Virus record (IMG/VR): IMGVR_UViG_3300037313_000557
Coordinates: 1 to 41,439 of that record
Direction: 5' to 3' (one strand)
Length of the DNA stretch: 41,439 nucleotides
Source: a virus
Within the stretch, counting starts at the first letter, position 1, and each line of letters begins with the position of its first letter. The notes beneath the pieces are model-generated. The model made no database searches. It was not told the DNA's origin and saw only the letters and a program-made list of their open reading frames with translations. Below are positions 15,622 through 22,307 of this stretch, piece by piece. The translations under genes were made by a program, and so were the position numbers.

Positions 15622-15821
15622 TCCCTATTCCCTTCTATGTGATGACGAGCGCGGAGGGCGTTCCCGATCTCGACGCGTGCGTTCCAGACTGCGCAAAGCA
15701 GTTCGACGGTCTCGCGGGCTCCGGCGATTACCCAGCCGCCCGTCGGCCAGACGCCGAACTTAATCGTCTTCGGCCCCGCCGCCCTCTCCAGCCTCTCAGC
15801 TAGTTCAAGTAACCCGGTCAT
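15618..15821 (-). CDS. hypothetical protein
   Basis: 67-aa ORF with ATGA overlaps. Confidence 0.5.
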   Translation of the reverse strand: MTGLLELAERLERAAGPKTIKFGVWPTGGWVIAGARETVELLCAVWNARVEIGNALRARHHIEGNRE

Positions 15822-16474
15822 GGTTGCACCTTGGCGAGGGTCCGCTTGGCTTTACGCAGATCGGCCCACGTGATCTTCGTTGCCGCGATCGTGTCGTCTA
15901 TGTCTTCGTGGTCAGCCGCATTGCTGATCGTGCACGCGTCCGCGAACGGCTCCAACGCCTCCACCAATTCCCTGATTATATCGGAACGAGTGTCGGGGGT
16001 TTTGGCCTTGGCCGACTCTTGCGCCGCCTCCCAAATCCGGTTGTGGTGCTTCGATATGCGAACGCTGATCTCGTTCAGCGGCAAGTCGATATCCATGCAC
16101 CCGCCGCCAGTTGCGTGCGATATGACGCACCGCAGCTTGCTTTTCAGCTCGTCAAATTCGTCGAAACGGGTGTCGGTGCGTTCGATCAGACGAGCTACTT
16201 CTTCGACCTTCGCGGGCCAGTCTCGTCCGCACAGATCATTGACGATACGTTCCGCCACCTTCGCAGCAGCTTCCCGCATTACCGCTTCACCGGTAGAGGG
16301 TGGGGTGTGGGCTATGCGGTGTTTAGCGAAGGCGATCGGCAGATCATGCTCTACGCGGTCGGAGCGGACATCTCCGCAAAAGCCCCAATCGTAGCTCTGC
16401 GTCGACATCCAATCTGCCGCAGCATCACGATCAGCCTGGATCACCAGCACCGCTTCGGTAGCTTGTTCTGTCAT
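15818..16474 (-). CDS. hypothetical protein with QADRDAAA-type N-terminal domain
   Basis: Start at MTEQATEAV (ATGA overlap). IQADRDAAADW...PIAFAKHRIAH parallels the 7850..8248 product. Confidence 0.55.
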   Translation of the reverse strand: MTEQATEAVLVIQADRDAAADWMSTQSYDWGFCGDVRSDRVEHDLPIAFAKHRIAHTPPSTGEAVMREAAAKVAERIVNDLCGRDWPAKVEEVARLIERTDTRFDEFDELKSKLRCVISHATGGGCMDIDLPLNEISVRISKHHNRIWEAAQESAKAKTPDTRSDIIRELVEALEPFADACTISNAADHEDIDDTIAATKITWADLRKAKRTLAKVQP

Positions 16475-16749
16475 GATTGTTCTCCGCGAGCGCGAGCCGT
16501 GCCGACCGCCTCGTAAAGCGACCACGCCACCTTCTTGATTGGCTCTAGCGACATGGCGCGTTCGGCCACGTTGCCGTCAGGGCAACGCAAATCCATGATC
16601 GCCTTGTTTATGTCGGCGAATGAGCCGGACCCTTCGAATGCGGCCGGACGGCTGGTCATTGCGACCATGTAGAGTGCGCCGAGACTGCGCACGGTTGCCT
16701 TGCCAGAAGCGATTTCCGCTTCGATCATTGAAAGTGCATAGTCACTCAC
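16471..16749 (-). CDS. hypothetical protein
   Basis: 92 aa, GTG start in a GTGA overlap. Confidence 0.5.
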   Translation of the reverse strand: MSDYALSMIEAEIASGKATVRSLGALYMVAMTSRPAAFEGSGSFADINKAIMDLRCPDGNVAERAMSLEPIKKVAWSLYEAVGTARARGEQS

Positions 16750-16913
16750 TGCGATTGACCTTTGCTGTTATGCAGCCGCCAGAACCGTGCCCGAGCATCA
16801 TCGAAGCCCTCTCCGGTGAGAGCGGTTGCCGCGAGGTCGTCCCAGGCATTGCTGAGAGCCTTCACGCGGATCACTTCGCGGTGAATGTCTGCTTCCACGC
16901 TCTCTTGAAGCAT
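16746..16913 (-). CDS. hypothetical small protein (55 aa)
   Basis: Start at MLQESVEADI, immediately after repeat copy 3. The upstream part of ORF 16746..17051 is repeat-derived. Confidence 0.45.
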   Translation of the reverse strand: MLQESVEADIHREVIRVKALSNAWDDLAATALTGEGFDDARARFWRLHNSKGQSQ

Positions 16914-17027
16914 GAGGGGTTCTCCGATGGGGTGGTTTGGGCGTCTGCCTTCGGCACCGCGCCACTCGTGAATGGAGCCAGCAAGCTGTCTCCACCCTCC
17001 GGGCGAGTGTCGACTGACGCGATCACG
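16914..17027 (-). repeat. structured intercistronic repeat, copy 3
   Basis: Minus strand reads GCGTGATCGCGTCA...CTCGCCCGGAGGGTGGAGACAGCTTGCTGGCTCCATTCACGA...GACGCCCAAACC...ATG. The RNA ligase stop TGA lies in the conserved 5' end. Confidence 0.75.
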
Positions 17028-17559
17028 CTGCCAAACTCTTCGGCTGCTCATCCTTTTCGAGCGTGCGCTTGAAACCGAAGTTTCCGGCGACGTGGAAAAG
17101 GACGATCCCCTCCGGCTTCATGAACCCAGGTGCCGCAACGCTTCCGCATAACCTGAGGCGCGCCAGCGCTTCTTCTGCAGCGGCAGTGTGAAACGGGCCT
17201 TGGTAAAGTACCGGCACGACGCCACAGCACGCGGGCCGCGCGTCTGACCAACGGGCTGTATTGAACAGCGAAAAGCGCTTGTCTCCGTTCGACAGGCCAT
17301 AGCCGCGCTGGATACCAGAGCCCCACCATTCGCCGAAGTGGCGGCCGGGTCCGAGTTCACGCAATTCCTCTTCGTGAGCGAACGCCCACCGCGCGAAGCC
17401 GTGGTTATCCGCTTCCGGGGTGATCCAGCGCGACCGCGAGCCGACGTACATTTTGCCATCGTCATCGAACGCGATCTGCCCGTTGGTGCCGTCGATCTTC
17501 TCCGTGATGATAATCTCTCGGGCAAGGCGCGGCATCTTTGGAAATTCCAAGAAGTCCAT
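17023..17559 (-). CDS. compact ATP-dependent RNA ligase family protein (nucleotidyltransferase domain only, 178 aa)
   Basis: Motif I TEKIDGTN, motif III-like HFGEWWG, motif IV PEGIVLF and motif V GFKRTLEKD. Start chosen at MDFLEFPK. Confidence 0.7.
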   Translation of the reverse strand: MDFLEFPKMPRLAREIIITEKIDGTNGQIAFDDDGKMYVGSRSRWITPEADNHGFARWAFAHEEELRELGPGRHFGEWWGSGIQRGYGLSNGDKRFSLFNTARWSDARPACCGVVPVLYQGPFHTAAAEEALARLRLCGSVAAPGFMKPEGIVLFHVAGNFGFKRTLEKDEQPKSLAA

Positions 17560-17560
17560 A

Positions 17561-17782
17561 CTATTTCTCCATGCGATAGTGGGAGGCGCCCGGCAGGGCC
17601 GAGACAACTTGTTGGCTCGGGGTCGAAGACCCGCCAGAACGGCGTGAGCAAGGCGAGCGCATCGCCCGCTCTTCCATCATTTCCTCATACCCCTTCCGAG
17701 CAACATTCCCCTGAGATTCCAACCATCTCTGATTAGGACCAGGAGCATTGAGGCTATCGAACAGATGATCGATGAAGGTCAT
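17561..17782 (-). CDS. hypothetical protein
   Basis: 73-aa ORF. The second half is Ser/Arg-rich, so the reading is less certain. Confidence 0.4.
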   Translation of the reverse strand: MTFIDHLFDSLNAPGPNQRWLESQGNVARKGYEEMMEERAMRSPCSRRSGGSSTPSQQVVSALPGASHYRMEK

Positions 17783-18024
17783 GCCTCACCGCCCTTCGCG
17801 CGCTCGACCAGCATGGCGTCGGCAAGCGTGCTAGCGACCTCAACGACCCAGCTTTCCTGTGCTCGGACTTGGGTCAGCGTTCCCGAGCCGTCGAACATCG
17901 CGGGGTTCGAGCAAAGACCGTTTAGAGCCTGCCCCGCGAAATAGTCGCGAAGGGTCATGCCGCTGCGATCGTCGGTGTACGCGCTGAAATCGTTCTGCGG
18001 AAATGCCGGCTGATTGTGGGCCAT
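17779..18024 (-). CDS. hypothetical protein (common phage small-protein pattern GMTLRDYFAGQAL)
   Basis: ATG in a TGATG overlap, preceded by GGGAGGA. Confidence 0.55.
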   Translation of the reverse strand: MAHNQPAFPQNDFSAYTDDRSGMTLRDYFAGQALNGLCSNPAMFDGSGTLTQVRAQESWVVEVASTLADAMLVERAKGGEA

Positions 18025-18212
18025 CAAATCCTCCCATATCCACGGTTGAGCGGCTTACCGGCTGCCCAGTCCACGACGGCGGCAGTGTGAATGCGGCAGA
18101 CATGACTATGTCCGGTGGCTGGCGTCGGCTCCCAATTGTCGAGATCGCAGTTGCACCGCATCGACTTGGCCCGCTCTGTCGCGTACTCGCGCATTGTCGG
18201 CTTATCGCTCAT
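18024..18212 (-). CDS. hypothetical Cys/His-containing small protein
   Basis: 62 aa. It ends with PLNRGYGRI, encoded by a 17-nt junction repeat. Confidence 0.5.
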   Translation of the reverse strand: MSDKPTMREYATERAKSMRCNCDLDNWEPTPATGHSHVCRIHTAAVVDWAAGKPLNRGYGRI

Positions 18213-18457
18213 GATAAATATCCACGGTTGAGCGCCCGATCGGACGCAAAGAAGGGATCGACCGGATCAAGCTTTGCAGCGATCTCAGCCGCCCGCTCGT
18301 TGGCCTGGAAGGCTTCCTCTGTTTCCTGCCAGAGGGTCAGGTCGATGATGGAGAGGCATTCAAGACACGTTCCGTCTTCAGCCATCTCTGACATTGCTGT
18401 GCAGGTAGGGCAGTAACGGAGAGCGTTGTGTGCCGTGATGTGCGCGGGGGCGTTCAT
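18209..18457 (-). CDS. zinc-ribbon small protein
   Basis: CPTC-x12-CLEC. It ends with ALNRGYLS, encoded by the same 17-nt junction repeat. Start at MNAPAH (ATGA overlap). Confidence 0.5.
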   Translation of the reverse strand: MNAPAHITAHNALRYCPTCTAMSEMAEDGTCLECLSIIDLTLWQETEEAFQANERAAEIAAKLDPVDPFFASDRALNRGYLS

Positions 18458-19014
18458 TGCCCGCGAGCCTTTGCGCACACGCGGCTAGCCCGACATCCGC
18501 CACAATCATCGAAATGCGCAAATTCCGGCGCACCTTCGCACCAGCCCTCGCACAATTGATCCGCGTAGGAAGCCAGCGCCTCATACATATCTGGCGCAGC
18601 GGCGATCAGGCGGGCGTCTGGATGGTCTATTTCTCGGATGTCGTATCGGTAAACTGACGCATCGCCGTCAGCTTCCTTAAAGCCCCGGGCAGTGCCATCG
18701 CCGACCGCGAACGAAACCAGCTCAGCGGCGGGCCGCATAATGTTGCCGACGCAGAATGTTGGCTGCGCGCCGTTCATCCCGTAACGGCTGAAACCCATAA
18801 TGTACCGGCGACCGCGATCGGGCGTAGCGAGATAGACGCCGCCGCTGCGATTACCAAACCAAGCCCACGGCCCCGGCGTAAAGCCGCGCGATGGGATTGA
18901 AGCCTCTGGTCGAGACGGCGAAGCTGGCTCGATCGGCGCAGCCGACGAAAGCCCGGTCAGCAACGCCGACGCGCCCTTATCCTGCCCCTCTTCTAGGTGG
19001 GAGTGAGCGGTCAT
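18454..19014 (-). CDS. hypothetical protein
   Basis: ATG in an ATGA overlap. Contains PGPW and LIAAAPDMYEAL, motifs seen in many small phage proteins. Confidence 0.5.
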   Translation of the reverse strand: MTAHSHLEEGQDKGASALLTGLSSAAPIEPASPSRPEASIPSRGFTPGPWAWFGNRSGGVYLATPDRGRRYIMGFSRYGMNGAQPTFCVGNIMRPAAELVSFAVGDGTARGFKEADGDASVYRYDIREIDHPDARLIAAAPDMYEALASYADQLCEGWCEGAPEFAHFDDCGGCRASRVCAKARGQ

Positions 19015-19196
19015 GCCGAAGCCCACAGAGCAGAGCGGCCAGCTTTGGAAACGGGCTCGCCGTCATCGCCGCAGCCATCACCGGAGCAGTCCGGGCATTC
19101 GCCAACGTCCGTCTCAAGGTACGGATCGTCGCATTGCGGATCGTGGCGGAAAAGACGCCCTTCGATGCAGCGTAGATCGCCCTTCACGCGACCCAC
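19011..19196 (-). CDS. Cys-rich small protein (CPDCSGDGCG, DnaJ-like zinc-finger pattern)
   Basis: 61-aa ORF from a GTG; the start is uncertain. Confidence 0.4.
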   Translation of the reverse strand: MGRVKGDLRCIEGRLFRHDPQCDDPYLETDVGECPDCSGDGCGDDGEPVSKAGRSALWASA

Positions 19197-19399
19197 TCCG
19201 GCTTGTGCACGATCTTGGTAGCGACACGATCATTCGCCACGTCGTAGAGGTAGGCGACAGCATCGTCGTTTGCGAGCATCACGATCGCCACCATGTTCTC
19301 ACGGGCGTAGCGCTTGGCGGCGCGATCGACACTCCGACGAGGAGCCATAGCGGCCCACTCGCGAGTGGTTTTTACGAAAGGGGCGGAACGAACGAACAT
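19184..19399 (-). CDS. first gene of the leftward early operon; hypothetical, with an Arg-rich segment
   Basis: ATG preceded by GGAGG. The segment MAPRRSVDRAAKRYAREN is basic. Position is analogous to lambda N, but I recognise no homology. Confidence 0.5.
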   Translation of the reverse strand: MFVRSAPFVKTTREWAAMAPRRSVDRAAKRYARENMVAIVMLANDDAVAYLYDVANDRVATKIVHKPEWVA

Positions 19400-19438
19400 G
19401 GCCTTGAGCCTCCAACACTCTGATCGTGTTGAAGGGGG

Positions 19439-19506
19439 TTTATATGCGCATACTCATATCGTCAAGCACATTTTATGCGCTAACGCATTTTTATGCGCTT
19501 TTACGC
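19439..19506 (-). promoter_or_regulatory. OL/PL-like region: leftward promoter candidate TTGACG-N15-TATAAA flanked by ATGCG-N4-CGCAT operator-like sites
   Basis: Operator-like sites: ATGCGCATACTCAT at 19444-19457, ATGCGCTAACGCAT at 19475-19488, and the half-site ATGCGC at 19493. -35 on the minus strand at 19465-19460. The 15-nt spacer is short, so the exact promoter is uncertain. Confidence 0.5.
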
Positions 19507-19513
19507 TTTTGGG

Positions 19514-20188
19514 CTATTCGGGGCGGTAGCTACCCTTGACGATCGCCATGACGACCGTTTCAACAATCCCATCCTCGCGACTACCTATCTCGATAGGCGC
19601 CTGAAAACCGGGGTTGAAGGAGCGGGGGACAAGCCACTCCTTATCGCCATCGCGGACATACTCTTTGACGGTAGACTCATACTCGCCGTCAACGCGCTGC
19701 CGAACGACGATTACCCTCTGTCCATTCATCGGAACCAAGCCAGTTCCGATCGTGGAGACGCAATCCAGGATAGTGCCCGGAGGGTAAACCATATTCATGC
19801 TCTCGCCATCGACTCGCAAACCGTATCGCGATTCCTTTGGCGCCGAGAAATGATCACCGCCTGTATAGGGCTGCCATTCGCCCTCATCCCACTGCACAGC
19901 TTCTCTCCACACGCCGGCCGCTACAGCCCCCTTCACAAATAATCTGGGTCCATTTAGCGCCGCGCCGTCGAAGTCTGCGCCGATTAACTGCCGCAAGTCT
20001 ATACCCATTCTGCCAGCCATGCTCGCCAAGGCCGATGGATCGGGCACAGATCCTTTTTCCCAACGAGACACGCTACCTTGCGTCACGCCGAATTGCTCAC
20101 CGAACTCTTGCTGGTTGAGCCCGAGCGACTGCCGGAATTTCCGAATTTTCGTTGCGAGGTCATCAACCATGCGTGGCCGGTACAACAT
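19514..20188 (-). CDS. CI-like repressor (XRE HTH plus S24 LexA-type autopeptidase domain)
   Basis: HTH IRKFRQSLGLNQQEFGEQFGVTQGSVSRWEKG. C-terminal RVDGESMNMVYPPGTILD (Ser nucleophile context) with a downstream Lys. Start at 20188 or 20170. Confidence 0.85.
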   Translation of the reverse strand: MLYRPRMVDDLATKIRKFRQSLGLNQQEFGEQFGVTQGSVSRWEKGSVPDPSALASMAGRMGIDLRQLIGADFDGAALNGPRLFVKGAVAAGVWREAVQWDEGEWQPYTGGDHFSAPKESRYGLRVDGESMNMVYPPGTILDCVSTIGTGLVPMNGQRVIVVRQRVDGEYESTVKEYVRDGDKEWLVPRSFNPGFQAPIEIGSREDGIVETVVMAIVKGSYRPE

Positions 20189-20226
20189 GGTCCGTTGTGG
20201 ACCAAACTCGCCGACGCATAATTTGC

Positions 20227-20262
20227 TTGCACTACTCATGCGCATGCGCATATATTCGCGAC
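20227..20262 (+). promoter_or_regulatory. OR/PR-like region: TTGCAC-N18-TATATT overlapped by the perfect palindrome ATGCGCATGCGCAT (20238-20251)
   Basis: The -10 at 20251-20256 ends 6 nt before the cro ATG at 20263, which implies a leaderless cro transcript. The palindrome matches the ATGCG-N4-CGCAT sites next to PL. Confidence 0.55.
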
Positions 20263-20442
20263 ATGGAACAGGCAAACCCGCTCAAGCTGCGTCGCAAGGG
20301 ACTCGGCCTTAGTCAAGCCCAGCTCGCAGCCATCCTGAAAGTCGATCAAACGACGATCTCCCGCGCGGAGAACGCGCCCATACCCGATCCAAGGTACGAA
20401 CTCGCCCTGCAAGCCATCGCGGCGCAGCAGGCTGCCGTATGA
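20263..20442 (+). CDS. Cro-like XRE-family HTH repressor
   Basis: 59 aa with LGLSQAQLAAILKVDQTTISRAE. Divergent from the CI-like gene. Confidence 0.75.
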   Translation: MEQANPLKLRRKGLGLSQAQLAAILKVDQTTISRAENAPIPDPRYELALQAIAAQQAAV

Positions 20443-20999
20443 GGAGGGTTTATTTCATCAAGCCTATAGGCATGGACGGCCCGATCAAGATCGGATGCAG
20501 TCAGCAGCCGCAGGGCAGGGCGAGCAACCTTGAGACTTGGTCGCCGTTCGCGCTGGAAGTTGTGGCCGAGATCGACGCGGGCCACGGATTCCAGTTGGAG
20601 CATAGATTCCACGCGGCGTTCGAACATCTTCATCAACGGCGCGAGTGGTTTCATCCCGGCCCCGATTTGCTGACGGTTATCGCAGCCATCCGCGCTGGCA
20701 CGTTCGATGTTGGCAGTCTGCCCGACCCGAAGCGGATCGACAATCCGCGCCGCAAAGCGGTTCGGGCGCCACTGAAATATAATCCAGCCGCCCGGCCGGA
20801 CGCGACCGTTTATCCACTGTTGCGCGAGATAGACGCATTCACGCGCGCTCACGGTCTTTCGCCGTCGAAGTTCGGCATGGACGCCGTTGGCGATCCCAAG
20901 CTGGTTGGTGAGCTGAGCGTAGGACGCGAGCCCCGCATGTCCACGATCGCGAAACTGCGGACGTACATGGCGTCGTTTGCCCAGGCTGCAGCAGCATGA
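20439..20999 (+). CDS. GIY-YIG / T5orf172 (MUG113)-like domain protein
   Basis: N-terminus VYFIKPIGMDGPIKIGCSQQPQGRASNL...EHRFHAAFEHLHQRREWF fits the T5orf172/GIY-YIG-like pattern. ATGA overlap with cro. Confidence 0.55.
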   Translation: MRRVYFIKPIGMDGPIKIGCSQQPQGRASNLETWSPFALEVVAEIDAGHGFQLEHRFHAAFEHLHQRREWFHPGPDLLTVIAAIRAGTFDVGSLPDPKRIDNPRRKAVRAPLKYNPAARPDATVYPLLREIDAFTRAHGLSPSKFGMDAVGDPKLVGELSVGREPRMSTIAKLRTYMASFAQAAAA

Positions 21000-21032
21000 C
21001 CGATACCCGCCCGGCAGCACCGGCGGAAACTC

Positions 21033-21072
21033 CCGGCGGGGTGTGCCCACCCCCTTTTCAACACCCCGCCGG
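21033..21072 (+). terminator. 12-bp perfect inverted repeat hairpin (terminator or protein-binding site)
   Basis: CCGGCGGGGTGT (21033-21044), a 16-nt loop, then ACACCCCGCCGG (21061-21072). No clear U-tract follows. Confidence 0.35.
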
Positions 21073-21105
21073 TCCTTGTCTCACTCAACATGACGGAGAA
21101 GCCTG

Positions 21106-21282
21106 ATGGCTGACTTCTGGAGCATCGTGATCGGCGTGTTCGGCACGGCCTTCGTGCTTGGCGGAGTCTATGGCCTCATCGAGCTTGCCGATGCCCGCCA
21201 GCACGCGCGCTACCGCCGCGCTCAGCGAGATGGGGTCAAGGCTAGGGGCTTCATCGATCATTTCGGAGGTGCATCTAAATGA
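21106..21282 (+). CDS. small single-TM protein (58 aa)
   Basis: Hand translation gives MADFWSIVIGVFGTAFVLGGVYGLIELADARQHARYRRAQRDGVKARGFIDHFGGASK. GGAG lies 7 nt upstream, and there is an ATGA overlap downstream. Confidence 0.5.
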   Translation: MADFWSIVIGVFGTAFVLGGVYGLIELADARQHARYRRAQRDGVKARGFIDHFGGASK

Positions 21283-21755
21283 CGCCCCGTGGAGAAACAG
21301 CGGACTTTGAGCCGATCATTTCCCGCAACGTCGCTGGCCGCCAGATCGGTGACGCATTGCGCAGGTTCGTCGGTCGTGGCCGCGACTGGTCGGTCAAGCA
21401 GCTAGCGAACCGTTCTGGCGTGGCAGATCGGTTGATTGAGGCCGCGATGGCCGATCCCGAGAAAACGACCGAATGGCGCGCACTGAAGGCTGAACACATT
21501 TTCAGCATCATGGCGGTTCTCGGCGCGGACTTCACCGGGGCCGTGATCGAACTGATGAGCCAGGGCGCTTTCGATATCCCCGAAGACGATGGGACGCCGC
21601 CGGCAGAGATCGCCGCAGACAACGCGGAGGACAATGCAACGCTGACCCGCGCGGCGCTCGATAACGTCCTTGACGGTGACGAGAAGCCGCAAATCCGGGT
21701 CGTCAGTTCGCGGATGATCTCGCGCGGCATGAAGCTTCGGAGGATGGTGGCATGA
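21279..21755 (+). CDS. hypothetical protein with possible HTH (WSVKQLANRSGVADRLIEAAM)
   Basis: 158-aa ORF with an acidic C-terminal half. Confidence 0.5.
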   Translation: MTPRGETADFEPIISRNVAGRQIGDALRRFVGRGRDWSVKQLANRSGVADRLIEAAMADPEKTTEWRALKAEHIFSIMAVLGADFTGAVIELMSQGAFDIPEDDGTPPAEIAADNAEDNATLTRAALDNVLDGDEKPQIRVVSSRMISRGMKLRRMVA

Positions 21756-22018
21756 ACTCAATGACAGCAGCGTATATTGAGCAACTTGGCATTCCGGATA
21801 CGCTTGAGCGCGCCGTCCACGAGCGCAATTGCTGGGTGGAAACGGCAGCGCAGTTCTCTCGAAACGAGGACTATTATCGCGGTCTGCTAGACGAGATCGC
21901 AGTCTATATCGGCAAAGAAGCATGGAAAGCTGAAGACGGTACGATCATAGACGATGAGCCTTGCCGGGCTCGAATCCCGTCGCTGGTTGCGGCCTTGATC
22001 CAAAGGCTCCCGGCATGA
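21752..22018 (+). CDS. hypothetical protein
   Basis: 88-aa ORF with ATGA overlaps. Confidence 0.5.
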   Translation: MNSMTAAYIEQLGIPDTLERAVHERNCWVETAAQFSRNEDYYRGLLDEIAVYIGKEAWKAEDGTIIDDEPCRARIPSLVAALIQRLPA

Positions 22019-22161
22019 TCTCCCATCTCATAGCCTCCTATCGCCAACGCAAAGCCATGAAGCGCTTGGACGAGTTGGTTCAGCAAACGCTCTCCAGCTA
22101 CGAGCATCGCCAATACCTGGCCCGCCGCGCCGCTGCCTTGAAGGGGAGGGCGCGGGCATGA
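22015..22161 (+). CDS. small basic hypothetical protein (48 aa)
   Basis: Start at MISHLIASYRQRK, with ATGA overlaps on both sides. Confidence 0.4.
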   Translation: MISHLIASYRQRKAMKRLDELVQQTLSSYEHRQYLARRAAALKGRARA

Positions 22162-22307
22162 TTCAGACCAAGGCCATTCGCGCCTACGAGGACACCAAGC
22201 GTCGCCAGTGGCTCGCCCCGGTTCTCTGGAAGGACTGCGGACAATGGGATCAGCTTGGGGAGTGGGAACACCGCGTCCGCAGCTGGAACCGGAAGGGCGC
22301 GCGGTGA
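22158..22307 (+). CDS. small hypothetical protein (49 aa)
   Basis: Hand translation gives MIQTKAIRAYEDTKRRQWLAPVLWKDCGQWDQLGEWEHRVRSWNRKGAR. Coupled on both sides. Confidence 0.4.
   Translation: MIQTKAIRAYEDTKRRQWLAPVLWKDCGQWDQLGEWEHRVRSWNRKGAR

Noticed and set aside
8300-17010. Calling the CGCCC-GAA-GGGCG hairpins lambda-type boxB/nut sites served by the Arg-rich first PL gene product.
   Set aside because: The loop is 3-5 nt rather than a GNRA-like pentaloop, and no boxA is visible. The copies lie 2.4-11 kb downstream of PL rather than promoter-proximal. I keep this only as one possible function within the repeat finding.
20805-20822. DnaA-box-like sequences (TTATCCACT at about 20811; TATCCAC inside the 17-mer junction repeats) as origin elements.
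   Set aside because: These are single imperfect matches inside coding regions, with no clustering. The iteron cluster at 24713-24785 is a much better origin candidate.
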